Shown here: positions 1-13,980 of the stretch, in pieces
Layout: every line of letters begins with the position of its first letter
Numbering within the stretch: position 1 is the stretch's first letter
Source of the DNA: the human T2T-CHM13v2.0 reference genome, Homo sapiens
Direction: 5' to 3' (one strand)
Length of the DNA: 64,000 bases
Assembly: GCF_009914755.1 (NCBI RefSeq)
Contig: NC_060925.1
Notes under the pieces: model-generated
Database searches by the model: none
What the model was told of the DNA's origin: nothing
What the model saw: the letters and a program-made list of their open reading frames with translations, nothing else
Made by a program: the position numbers and the translations under genes

Positions 1-1412
1 TTCAAATGCAAGTTTACCTTCCCAGAGCTCTCCCTCCTCCTTTTAAATTGAGACATTTGTTTAAACCCAATTCTTCCCTCAAATGGATAGAGACACTATG
101 GGCTCTTAATCGGATGCTAGGAAAATGACAGTATTCTGTGGACTTATAGATTATGGAATTTTCTCTCCCACAATTACATGGGCGAGTGGCATAAGAAATA
201 ATGAAAAATGCATATGAATGGTATAGCACAGTACTCACTGAGAACAAAGAGACAAAGTCCAGAGTTAATACTGTAAAGCATTACTTTCAACTTATAGATA
301 GCCTAAAAGAACAACATTTTCACAGCAACTCGGAGGTTCATTTGGGACTGACTTAAGGAACCCCCACCCCACCAACAACCACCCCCACCCTTCACACAAA
401 GGTCACCTGGCCTCTGCCACCTCAGCACTCCCGATATTTTTGCATCCTGAACAGCCAGCCCCACTGTCTGACCAGGTAGCAGTCTTATCACTATGCCCTT
501 AATGGACTTGGTTGTCATTTGTTGATGAGAAATAAAATAGCAAAAACAACAGCATATAAAGAAACAAAGTTTTCCCCAGAGAGCAGATGGGATTCCACCA
601 GGACCCCCAGTCTCCATATAATCTCTCCCTCCTCCAAGAGAGATCAATTCCCAATCTCTTCCCAGGGAATTACAGGTTCGGTCGTGACATTGGTGAGCCT
701 TTTAGAATGGCATGCCCAAGGTAGTAATTTTGTAATCTACCGCAGCTGAAGTAAGTATAGACCTGGGCTTGCTCCAGCCTCCTTCTCTCTCCTCCATCCA
801 GCACTGGGTCCTCACGTAGGTGAAAATACTTTGCATGTAAACAAACTCCTCTCAAAGACACCTCAACCTTGACATTTCTTTCTCCTTTTCCAAACTTGCT
901 TCCTTTTAAAACACCTCGCGACTGCCGTGCTCCCACATGAGGCCCAATTATCAGAATAATAATTAACAGGCTCTCATTATTTAGGATCAAACAATGCCCC
1001 CTTAATGAAGCAAGCCAAGAATAGCCAATGTAATCCCTTAAAACAGGGCGTGAGTTTTCCTTACACCTTGGGGCGTCTAATCCACTGAAACCATTAGGCA
1101 CCGAGCTGCCCATAACGGCCTGGATAACATTGAGTCAAGGACAGTTAATGGATGCCAGAGCACAGACCAAAGTGCTCCAAGCATGTCAGTCAAGACTAAC
1201 CGGAGGCAAAAACATCAAAATGCAGGTTGGAGTTTTGACATTCCTGCAGGCTCTGAACGCCTCGCCAGTAAATTTTTAAAGTCAATATCCCCCTTATGCT
1301 CATGAACACTTTTCTGTCTGATGAGTAGGACTAATGTGGATCTGATTGAACTGTGACTAAAGTAGGACTTTAAAGGCAGCTTTGAATGTGTGTAGGGCGG
1401 AAAGGGTTTTTT

Positions 1413-1450
1413 TGTGTGTGTGTTTTGTGTGTGTGTGTTTTCTTTTTTTT
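1413..1450 (+). repeat. interrupted (TG)n followed by a T-rich tract
   Basis: tgtgtgtgtgttttgtgtgtgtgtgttttctttttttt seen directly. Confidence 0.85.
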
Positions 1451-2836
1451 CCCCAGAAATGTCTGTGATAATAACGAAGACAGTGTACACAGATTATCAC
1501 AGGCTGTGTCTTTCGACTTCAAGGTTATGTGATTAGAAAATTAGAAAAGCGACGAGATTAGAAAAACCGCAGAACATTTTGAAAGAAAGCTTTTTTACAA
1601 ATTATCTGTGTGCTGGATTTACACAGAATCTGATAGATGGATCTTCTAATGTTTGGAAATGGATAAATGCAACAATGCAAATAGGAAGAACTGGCTTTGG
1701 AGCCTACTCCTGGCAGAAGTTCAAAACCCATATTAAGTATTCTAATTCACTCAAAGTCTGTTACTTATATTTTTTTAAAAATTGCCCCATGCATACAAAA
1801 ACAAAATATAACCATTCTATAAACATAAAGGTAGAAACAACAATGAGACTGTTGTTTCTCATAATGTGTGACTTTCCCCCAGATTTGGAATAAAACCTTC
1901 TCCTCTCTGCCCTTTCTCTTCTCAGATGCTGAGAATGCTAATTAGAAGACAGGTATCAGGAAGCCCACACAGAGACGGTTTTGGGATTTTGTCAGCACTG
2001 GGCAAGTGGCTTAAGGTGAGATAGCCATTCTGGAGTCACAGCCTTACTCCTCCTTTAATGAAGGGAAAAAATAAATTTTCCTGTATCAAAACCTAGACTG
2101 GTCTAAATAAAAATTCCATTAAAAAATCACTCCATTTGCATGTCTGATGACAAGGATGGATTTCTAAAAATGTATAAGCAGAAAGATCTGTTAGTAAAAA
2201 CAAAGGTGTAGAGGCTCACCTGTGTCTGATGAGAGCTTCCCAGGGCCCTTTCAGCACATGGAAGACGGAGTATTATTGTCTTGCCCGGGGAGAATAGCTC
2301 TATAAGCCCCAAAGTGCCCACATCCATGTTTAAAGGCATAAGTGACAGTCAAGCCATAGTGACCTTTAACCTATTTAATTGGAAGCTTTAGTAGACAGCA
2401 TCTTGACATTTTTAGGACTTAACTCATTGCCAGTTGATTTAGGCCTCCCAAATGTTAAAATATAAATAGATCATAAATGCACGTCTAGGTCAGACTTGAA
2501 TCTTCCAGACCTCTAAAGGTGATGTCAGCAAGATTTCACAATAAGGACTTCCCATTTAAGTTTAGGGATGCCCCAAAGCACATGAGTTGTCCTTAGTAGC
2601 TGATGTGTTAAATTGATTAGTTGGACCATCATCTAAATTTCTGTGCTTATTTTGATATTCAACTCAATATATGTGTGTATGTTTTAGCTACCATCTACCT
2701 ATTGATTTCTCTGTATATCTATCCATCCTGTACTCAGTTGATCACAATATTTGCATAATTCAAAGCTGTAAGAGTTTATTGAACATCTACCCTATGCCAG
2801 CTTTGTTAGACATTCTGGAATAGGACTTTGTAACCT

Positions 2837-2970
2837 AGGGCTGTGGAATTCTTCTGAGAGGTCTATGAACAGAGTTCAGGGTGTGAATCCACTGTGTCTG
2901 TGTGCAAAATTTTGTATATTTATGTTCCTTTTGCTACAGAAAAGCCCATAGCCTTCATAGCATTGTGGGG
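2837..2970. mobile_element. degraded hAT-Charlie MITE fragment (Charlie4z/MER103-like)
   Basis: 'tatgaacagagttcagggtgtgaa...tgtgcaaaattttgtat...cccatagccttcat' resembles the recalled consensus; heavily diverged. Confidence 0.35.
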
Positions 2971-5900
2971 AGTTACATATGTCAGGATCTAAATGAATAG
3001 ATGCTTTCTCTATAGTATGTGCTTGGGAAACGATGCTTTAGTGTGAGAGTGTCACAGATTTTTAAAAAATTATTACTGAACATTAGCTAATTTTGTCCTG
3101 GAAAATAGGTAATTCAAAGGTGAATTTCTGGCTCCAACAAAATCACTCCAAAAGTGATTTAGTTGTTTCCATGGTTTTATTCTGTTGTTTCTGTTTCGTT
3201 TTATTTTTTTGAGGAGAACCTTGCTCAGACCCTGGAATAGTAGAGTATCCACATCTCCCCCAAACGTCCACCATGAAAATTCCTTTTCTCATTTTACTCC
3301 TCCCCTACCTTTATTTTTCTCTTCTTACTCTTGTGCTTATGCCCCAAATTCTCTGCCCCGCTGGTTTCGTCTCTTAGCTTCTCTCGTTCTCTCTCAGTTC
3401 TTTTCCTGTGCCCTTGGCTGCAAACCTGCTCTGTAATTCACAACAGAGCAGCTGTCATTGGCTGGGAGAGCCAGGCTCCTTGGTTTTAGACAGCCCTGGA
3501 ACAAGGCAGTGACTTTGGTCTCTGGGTTCCTCAATAGACTGTACAACAAAGCCGTGGTGAAAGAAGGTGTCTTCTAAGAAGTTCACATTACGGCCTGTAG
3601 TAAAAGAAAATGGTGATATTGTTACAGCCACCAGTTTCTTCCCATTGTCTTCCTTGTCAAAAACATGCCCCCTCCAAAGGGATGGGATGCGTTTCAGTAC
3701 AATTTGAGAATGTTCAGTAACCCAATATTATCTTCATTTCCCTTCTTGTTTCATGTTACTTTCTGATCCTTGAGTTCTCCCAAGTTCACAGCGGTCCATG
3801 ACATTACGGTGACTCGCTAACTTTCCCATTATACTTACAGTCAATGGGAGAACAATAGATTGTGTTATTCTGTATCTTGCTTCCCTGTCACTCAGTGTTT
3901 TATCTCTGTTGATACCCCGGTACCAGACACAGAAACCAAAGTAGGTTGTCTTGTCTTCAGCGAATCTTGAATGCCTTTTGTTCAGAGAGGCGTTTTGTAT
4001 TCATCAGTCAACTGAGGACTCATCCCGAAGAAGCCCTCAGTCAGCACACAGCCCCAAGAGAAAAAGGGATACTTGGTTTGTGAAATATTCATAGCAAAAG
4101 GTACCTCAATCATGTTCACCTTTTGGCCCCACGAGCCTGAAAGTATCACAACAGTCACAGGCGAATCTTGTGGACGTGAACATTTCCTGGATGAAATAAT
4201 GTGCCATGTCTCATATCCACTTTTGATATTAAACCCATTCACACAGGCACATTTATCTTCCTACTCGATCTGCCAACACGGCTGTGTCAAACAGCTGTAA
4301 TAAAAGTCCAAAGGTGAAATGATAGTGATCAAAGTTTAACCCGATTTCTTTCCCCTCTTCTTTGAAAGAGGAAATAGATAGGTTTTCTTCCCCATCCTCT
4401 CGCCCCCATGCACTGTATCTTTAAACGTCTCCCTCCTGGTGCTTAGAGACAGTCCTGAGGCCAAATTAAATGGCATGTTGTTTATGTTTCTGGAGAATAA
4501 AATCTTACCAGATCAATAAACGCATGTCCAAACAGAAAGTAACTGAAGAATATAATGACTGTTAATTGGATGCAATCAGTTGATGACTACTAAGTATCAA
4601 ATTCAACCAGAAAACAGTCAACAGAATCCATGGCAATGCACAGAAGTAGAGGGAAAATAAAAGACAAGAGGAAGAAACCATAAAACATCACTTTCAATGT
4701 GTCCTACATCCTCAGACTTCCTGATAAAATAAGAACTAAACACTCAGGATTCCAATCTCGATTTACAACAAACTACTCTCTTATAATTTGAAGTAAACTG
4801 TTTCATGTAGATCTAGATTTCTGTGTCAAAGAGGATCTCTTTCCATGGTAAAGAATATACATTAACTAAAAGAAGAAGAAAAAGTAGCAAATGAACCCTG
4901 TGTTCATCACAGCTAATTTATACTGGGCTGAGGTGGTAACTACTTTTATTTAGTGCCTATTGTGTTGCACCAGACATCTCACATGCAAACATAGGAAGGT
5001 TCAAAGGAAGTCCCAGAAAGTTATTCTCAGATTTAACTTTAGTGTACACTATGAAATACTACTGTCTACAGGCTGAATATCCAAAAAGACTTTGACCACG
5101 TCTATCCTCTGCACGGGAAGTCCTTAAGAAAGGGTTTGGTACAACTTTCCAGTGCCTATGGAAATGAAAAGCATTTACATGAAGAATGGCAAAGAGGGCT
5201 CAACTTCAACAATTATTTGGCTAAATCCTGGTTGCTGCCTTGATCACCAGGTTGAGAACTATTTTAAGGCTGTGCCTAGACTCAGAAGAAAAATACAAAA
5301 TCTTCTGCCATGAGCATGGTATAGAACCATGATGGAAAACCTGGTAGGCTTTTGTCATTCTGAGTCATTTGACCCAAGTGCTCTTGGTTTCTGAATCTTT
5401 AAAATCTCAGAACACAAGAAAGGCTGAAAAGGATTACAAAGCAGTTGACTTTGTTGGAAAATCGAGATACTCATTTCCTATTAGGCACCTAGACCTCTCA
5501 AGAGAGGAGGCCTCTGCCAATCTAATGAATAAATAAAATACAAATAAAGCTTCACATTCAAGCCTGGGCGCCCCAGGGAGATAGTCTCTTGGAATTCAGT
5601 AATCAAGATGCCTGAAACTCTGTGCTGGACCCATCATCGGGGAGACCAGGCTGCAACTGTGCCCAGGCTCCCAGTGCCTATCAGAAGCAAATCTGGCCCC
5701 AAAGAAAGCAAATAATTAAGCAGGTCATTAGGAAGCCCATAAAAGTACGGATGTGCAGCTACGCCCTGCCGTTAACTTCAAAAGGTGACCAAACGGCAGA
5801 GATTCTTAGCAGCAGAGGAAAAAGCAATGGAAAAAGTGAAGTCGCATGACACCCAAGGGCTGCCCAAGTGGGAGCTTATTCCACAAAAATCTGCTTCAGC

Positions 5901-7364
5901 CCAAGCAGGCCAAGTGGCTTCCCCATCTGCTTGGTCTGTACTCTTAGAAGTCACCCAGGGCTAGGATAACTATTGCAGAGGTGTGCTCTACCACACAGCT
6001 ATAGCAGGGGCTGGAGGCGGATAGGGTACTCCCCAGGTGGCCAGTATACCTGGGAGTTCTAGAGCTTGACCCCCAGCCTTAGCTGTGGCTGAACTGTGAA
6101 GCATGCCTATTCCTTTCCTTCCTCCAGGGCCCCTCCCACTTACGTGCCCAGTGACCTCAAATTGCCCAGTGTCTTGTTTGGGCAGAAGAGGAGAAGCTAT
6201 GAAACTCAATCAGACTTAAATCAAAATGACTCAAATATCCTATACAGGTTCATTTGAAATTTCAGCAGTTCTGCAGAAAGAGGGCAATATTTAATGACAG
6301 AATTTTGGGTGAAGCGTGCCTCACGTGGGGGCAATGTTTTAGACTCCTATAGAGATGTCTTTGCTTATCCCCAAATCATATTTCCTATTCAGGCAAAGGT
6401 AAAGCCATTTCTATTCACCCTAAGGTAATACAGACCCACAGCTCCAAGTCAGTGCCAAATTCCTTGGGCTTAAAATGGACTCCATGGCTGGAGCATATTG
6501 GTCCCAGGGCATTCTCTGGTCCCTCCCAATTCTAATCTGACCTCAACTAGTTTGGAGATGGTGAGAAAGAGTTTGAAATGCCAATAATGGAGACTTAATT
6601 TGGCTGGGTTAAGGTTACTCTAAGTGTTCATTTGGGAAAGTAGTCAGAATATTTTCATTAATTCTTCCTTCCTTCTGTCCGCCCTCCTGTCATCAACTGG
6701 AAATATCATTTCATTGGGTACAGTTTTTCATTTTAAGAAGACCTGTGTTCTCTTACTGAATTTATTTATCTAGCAGAGCCCTGATGTGATGTAATTTTGA
6801 GGAAGGACAACACTGAGTTGGTGTAATTATTTCTTAATATTTAAAAGCTCCCTTGGTTAATGTGTTTTCGGGGACAAGCTGTTAAATCATTAGGGATGGT
6901 GTTTGTGGCCTTTTTGTAAGCAGCAGCTACTGTTGACTTGAGCCATTGGGCCTAGAGATCATCCCGACCTGAGCTTCCCATTAGCAAGCTGGGAATGGGC
7001 TGGACGCTGGCTAACAGGTCTTATTACTAAACTATATTTGATGAATGTGATGATAGTTAAAATTTTCTACTTAAAAAAAGAAAACTATAGGAAATTTCCC
7101 TGTCAAACTTTATGGTATGCTCTGTGAGCTGAGGAGAGGAAAGTTCTGGAAGCGGGAATCCGCAAATGACTCATGGGCCCATTCAGCTGTGCTCATTTGT
7201 CATGAGGAAATAAATGGTGAACTGAGAGCAGTCTGAGATACAAGAACAGGATAAAAATCATTCTGTTGTGGTTCCAGAAAACAGAGCCAGGGGTAGGTAA
7301 GCCATGATGGACACAGTGAGAGGAGCTTCAGCTCCACTGAAGGATGCCTTGTCTAGTAGGCAGG

Positions 7365-7738
7365 TATCTTAGTCAGCTCAGGCTACCATAACAAAATACC
7401 ATAGACTGAGTGGCTGAAATGACATTCTTTTTTTTCCCTCAAAGTTCTGGGAATTAAGGTACCAGCATGTCAGGCCATGGTGAGCATGCTCTTTTTGTCT
7501 TTAGATGGCTACCTTGTCACTGTGTCCTCACATGGCAGAAAAAGGAAGCTCTGCTGTCTCTTCCTCTTCTTCTAAGAACATTAATCCCAGCATTGGGGGC
7601 TCCATCCTCATGACCTCCTCTAAACCTAATAACCTCTGAAGGCCCCAAATCCGAATACCGTCACATAGGGGGTTAGGGTTTCAACATATGAATTTAGCAG
7701 GGTGGGGGTGAGGGGAAACAAATATTTAGTCCATCACA
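7365..7738 (-). mobile_element. MaLR solo LTR, MLT1A0-like
   Basis: Starts 'tatcttagtcagctcaggctaccataacaaaataccatagactg', ends 'ggttagggtttcaacatatgaatt...gtccatcaca'; 5-bp TSD-like gcagg/acagg. Confidence 0.85.
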
Positions 7739-7797
7739 ACAGGACTACCAAAAACCAGAAGGAGGTGTTCCTGCGATAAGGAATTCCACGTCATTGA

Positions 7798-8028
7798 TGG
7801 TGTTCGAGAAGAGGCAGGAAGACCACAGTTACAGCTCTCCTAGAAGAAATTCACATATTGAATAAGATGTTGGAGTGGCTTGCTTCCGTGTTCCCTTCCT
7901 AAGACGATGCTCCCTTAATTATTCTGTGATTTAATGTGGAAGTGGGAAAGATAGGAGCCAAGGATTTGGGGCAAGTTGTTGGTGGAAGGATTGCTACCAT
8001 GGATGACATTCATGGTCAGGAATATTGG
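7798..8028 (+). repeat. dispersed direct repeat, copy 1 (231 bp)
   Basis: About 94% identical by manual alignment to 9167-9396. Confidence 0.95.
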
Positions 8029-9166
8029 TCAGGTTGGACAAATCTGGTCATGGTTGCTGGGAATGGGGATCAGTTAGGAAGATATGAGCATAATTTCATA
8101 TGTTTAAGTCACAACCTCACTGTGCTGTCCCATACGTAGGACACCTGGCCACCTGTAAGTAAAGAACAATTCTCCTTATGACTAACATGAATGAAGAATA
8201 GAAGATCCACGAGTCTAGAAGTGATGGTATCCTGGTCATAAGTCATCACTCTTTCTTAGCAGACATTAAACAATCTCATATTCTTCATTTTTTCTTTTAT
8301 TTTTAAATCTGAGAGCATCAAAGTTACTTAAAAACTTCAGTATCTACTATGGTGTGAGGTGATTGCAACCTTTATTACGTTTTTTATTTATTTAGCTTCT
8401 CATTTTGATTAGAGTTGAGCTATTTCTTTCCACACCAGTGATATTGGACCTCAGTTGAACAGACATGGTGGTTTCATGAAATGCACATTGAAAGCCATCT
8501 GAGAAGAGAAGGCAAGTTCAGCTTGGCTTTCACTGCATGCTGCTCTTTTCCTTCTCAGGTCTGGGATCTCTGCAGCCTCAGCCTCCACTCCCTTGTCCTG
8601 AGGAGCTAAGGTGAAGTGCAGAGGGACTTTTGCTGAGCTGGACCTCTCTTCATCACCTGGCTTTTCTCTGTTGGAGTTGCTGTCATTTTGTCATCTTAGT
8701 GACATCTAAATGCAGCCCCATCTGCATGGACTAGTGACATTGACATGCTTACGATATTCTTCCAAGAGGTCAAATCATATTCAAGGAGAAAAAAAAGCAG
8801 CCTCACTCTTAAAGAAATATGCACATACTCGCACATATGAAACACATTTTTAAAATTTCAGTTTATCTTCCCTTTATCTCTTCTCTAAGACATAACTGTA
8901 ATTCTGTTTCCTTTTCCATGTAGTGTTTTCAATGAAATCTTGATTAAATTTATGATTACTTGGAGACATGTAAATGTATAATAATATATATGTTGTAAAT
9001 TAAACATATGTAAATACATATGAAGAAAGAAAGAAGAAGAAAATGAAATTCAATAAGAATAACATGTTTTATAAAGGAAAAGAAAATGAGACGGGCAGGT
9101 GGATTAATGTGCATTTGGGATTTATTAAGGCTGTCATTGTATGAGACAGTTTTCTTTAAGCTTTGG

Positions 9167-9396
9167 TGGTGTTCAAAAGAGGGAGGAAGACCACAGTTAC
9201 AGTTCTCCTAGAAGAAACTCACATATTGAATAAGATGTTGGAGTGGCTTGCTTCCATGTTCCCTTCCTAAGATGATGCTCCATTAATTATTCTGTGTTTT
9301 AATGTGGAAGTGGGAAAGATAGGAGCCAAGGATTTGGGGCAAGTTGTTGGTGGAAGTATCACTACCATGGATGACATTCACGGTCAGGAATATTGG
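9167..9396 (+). repeat. dispersed direct repeat, copy 2 (230 bp)
   Basis: About 13 differences including one indel versus 7798-8028. Confidence 0.95.
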
Positions 9397-10409
9397 GAAG
9401 AGAATGGAACAACTTGGAGAGAAGAGGTAGGTGGCTAAAAGTCAAATGGCACTGTCTTACCAAAAAGAAGGTGTACACAGAAGACAACTGCCCAGTAGAT
9501 TACTTATCCCGAATTCAGTTTCCAAAAAAGGACAAGGTGTGTGCTATTTGTATACTCAGTTATTTTTTTCACTCATCGCCATGTCACAACCTGGGAATTT
9601 GAATACAGAGTAAGTAAAGTTATGGTCGCTGCCCATGACAATGGTGTAAACTGTGAAGAAGGACCTGCTATGCCTCTTTAACATTTCTAAGAAGCATAAA
9701 TAAGCAAGTAAATGTGAGGAACAAGCTATGTGCCAACTGTAGAGGAATCCCTAATGGAATTGAGTAAACCAGAGAAGGGTCAAGGAAACACACTCAACTG
9801 CATTCAGCTCAATTTAACTGCTGCCACTCTTTACCTATTTGAATCACCTCCTACTGGAAAAAGCAAATCCAGTAAACCTAGAAAAACAGTGCTAAGAAAT
9901 CCAATCTACTATTGCTGCTTTGTGAAGCAAAGTATAAATGCTATTATAGGCTATTTGATGGTAAAGATTCTCAGTACCAGTAAGACCTCCAGTAACATTG
10001 ATAAAAGAAAATGAACTTGACCTCCAATAGAGACACATCTTGCACTCTCAGGGAAAATGTGAACACTCACCTTTCTGGCTGACAGATCTGCATCTCATTT
10101 TTAGGGTATAGACTTTTATGTTTAGGAATGATTTTTTTGACATTCATTAGATGTAAATCTTTATAGCAATAACTTAGGAAAAGAAGACATTTCTACAGTA
10201 TTTGTAGTAATGTGATGCTTTTCCTCAGAAGATCCTAAGGACATTTCTTTATTATTATAAAACTTCCATTTTAAAAACAGAATTGACCCTTGAAAGATAC
10301 ATGGGTTTGTCTGTTTTGGCCTGTGTCTCCTGGGATGCTTGAGGTGAGGGAGGCTACCAACCTTTTGTCACTGTTGCAATGTCTCCAGTTCACACTCAGT
10401 ATCTAGTGA

Positions 10410-10490
10410 AAGAACCGGGAATGTTTAGCCTGGAGAAGAGAGGATTCCAGGTGACATGGTGACTATGTCTAAATTTGTGGAAGGAATTGT
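10410..10490 (+). mobile_element. L3/CR1 LINE fragment
   Basis: 'gggaatgtttagcctggagaagagagg...gacatggtgactatgtctaaatttgtggaagg' matches the characteristic CR1/L3 RT C-terminal motif. Confidence 0.65.
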
Positions 10491-10519
10491 GGAAGAAAAC
10501 AGATAAGGGAGCTAACTTT

Positions 10520-11095
<576 letters not shown>

Positions 11096-11212
11096 TAGTG
11101 GCTTTTATTCCACTCAATCTAAGAGGGAGCTTCTGCGTTTCAGAGTGGTCCAGAGTGGTCCAGAGATGGCAGGGTCAGGGGTGGCGAGGTTGTCTTTCTG
11201 GAGGCTGCTGGC

Positions 11213-11225
11213 TGCTGACTCAGCA
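11213..11225. promoter_or_regulatory. perfect palindromic T-MARE (Maf recognition element; contains AP-1/ARE core)
   Basis: TGCTGACTCAGCA exact match; near-site TGCTGACCAGCA follows at about 11234-11245. Function untested. Confidence 0.5.
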
Positions 11226-11475
11226 TGGGTCATTGCTGACCAGCAGATGTCCTACAGAGTACTCTGTCTGAGAAGTAGCAGAGGTATCAGGGAAAAAATG
11301 ACAGTGGGAGCAAACAATGAGTTCTGTGATTGAATAAGTTCTGAAAGTACCAAGTTGAAACAGGTCATTCCCTGGAGAATTTCTCTGAGACTTTCACGTA
11401 CTCTTGTGATTTGTGAATCTATATCATGGGGATCTACAAAATGGACACTGGATCTGAACTTAAAACCCCTTTCTC

Positions 11476-11739
11476 GGGAAGATCACACACTGGGGCCTGT
11501 CGGGGGGTGGGGGGCTGGGGGAGGGATAGCATTAGGAGATACACCTAATGTAAATGACAAGTTAATGGGTGCAGCACACCAACGTGGCACATGTATACAC
11601 ATGTAACAAACCTGCACGTTGTGAACATGTACCCTAAAATTTAAAGTATAATAATAAAAAAAAATTTACAAAAATATGAAGTCAAACATAAAAAAAAAAA
11701 TCAGTGGCTAATCTTAAAAAAAAAAAAAAAAAAAAAAAA
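11476..11739 (+). mobile_element. 5'-truncated L1PA (L1PA4-like) 3' end with compound A-tail
   Basis: L1 3'UTR 'gggggagggatagcattaggagatacacctaatgtaaatgac...taaagtataataataaaa'; TT/AAAA site; TSD core ccctttctc on both sides (ending 11475 and 11751). Confidence 0.95.
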
Positions 11740-11899
11740 CAACCCTTTCTCCTGGAATATTTTCAGGGACCAATGCTCCAGAGAACACAATCAGGAAACG
11801 TGGTTGTGGAGTGTGCCAAAACACTGTATGAGAGTTAGGTCAGAGGACCTTCCAATCTCTGCTATTTCTTTCACTTATTTCATTCACTCATTAATTCAC

Positions 11900-12335
11900 T
11901 GAACGAGAATGAATCCCACCTTAGCTTCCAAGGCCTCCTTTCTATTCTGAAAACACTCCAGGCACTCTCAGGCTTTTGCACTGGCCATTCCTGCTTCCCA
12001 GAAGCTCTCTCCCCACATTTCTGTGTGGTTGATTTAGATTCCTGCTGCAAGGCTTGCTCAGTGTCACTTTCTCAGTGCGGCCTCTCTGCCATCTCCCCTG
12101 GGCATCTCTATCCCTCTTACCCAATTCTAATATCTTTTCCAGTAGTACTTGTCCCCTTCTAGCATACAATGTAATTAACTTTATGATTTTTATTGTTGTC
12201 TATCTCCCCCAGTAGAACTTGCCAGATCTTTAAGGATAAGATCTTACTCCGTTTTATTTGCAGATGTGCCCCCAAGCATTTAAAATAGCTCTTGTATAAT
12301 AATAGATGCTCAATAAATAGAGATTGAATGAATTA
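11900..12335 (+). mobile_element. L2 3' end
   Basis: 'ctcaggcttttgcactggccattcctgcttcccagaagctct...gctcaataaatagagattgaatgaat' L2 tail. Confidence 0.75.
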
Positions 12336-13591
12336 GAGAAACACATGGGTTTCTATCCTCAGGGAGGTGTGATTCTGTGAACACTCGAGTGAACAGAAAA
12401 TGTTTATTTGAGGGTTTATTTTACATATGCAGGCATACCTTGGAGATAGTTCAGGTTCTCTTTCAGACCACTGCAATAAAGCAAATATCGCAACAAAGCA
12501 AGTCACATAAATTATTTGGTTTCCCAGTGCCTATCAAAGTTGTGTTTACATCATACTGTAGTCTACGAAGTGAGCAATAGCTTTGTGTCTAAGAAACAAT
12601 GTATATACCTTAATTTAAAATATTTTCTTGCTAAAAACTGCTAATGATCCTCTGAGCCTTCAGCGAATTGGCACCTTTTTGCTGGTGGAGGGTCTTACCT
12701 CCAGTTGATGACTGCTGACTGATCAGGCTGGTAGTTGCTGAGGGTTAGGGTGGCTGTGACAATTTCTTAAAATAAGACAACAATGAAGTTTGCCACATCA
12801 ATTGACTCAATCACAAAAGATTTCTCTGTAGCATGCAATACTGTTTGATGACATATTAACCGCAGTAGAATTTCTGTCAAAATTAGAGTCAAACCTCTCA
12901 AACCCTGCTGCCGCTTTGCCAACGAAGTTTATGTAACATTCTAATCCTTTGTTGTCATTTCAACAGTGTTTACGGCATCTTCACCAGGAGTAGATTTCAT
13001 CTCAAAAAAACCACTTTCTTTGCTCATCCATAAGAAGCAACTCCTCGTCCATTCAAATTTTATTGTGAGATTGCAGAAATTCTGGCCCATCTTCAGGTTC
13101 CACTTCTATAATTATTCTAGTTTTCTTGCTATTTCCACTACATCTGCAGTTACTTCCTCCAATGAAGTCTTAAATCCCTCAAAGTCATCCATGAGGGATG
13201 TAATCAGCTTCTTCCAAACTCCTGTTAAGGTGGATATTTTGACCTCATCTTTTGAATCACAAATCAAAATGTTCTTAATGGCATCTAGAATGGTTATTTC
13301 CAGAAGGATTTTAATTGACTTTGGCCAGATCCATCAGGGGAATCACTATCTGTGGCCTCAGAAAATGTATTTCTCAAATAATGAGACTTGAAAGTCAAAA
13401 TTACACCTTGATTCACAGGCTGGACAATGAATGTTGTGTTAGCAGGCATGAAAACAACATTCATCTCCTTGTACATCTTCATCAGAGCTCTTGAATAACC
13501 AGGTGCATTGTTAATAAGCAGTAACATTTTGAGAGGAATCTTTTTTCTGAGCAGGAGGTCTCAACAGTGGGCCTAAAATATTCAGTCAACC

Positions 13592-13980
<389 letters not shown>

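Noticed and set aside
7094-7112. Partial third match (tttccctgtcaaacttta) to the 38-bp duplicated sequence
   Set aside because: Short, gapped, AT-rich and 40 kb away; compatible with chance.
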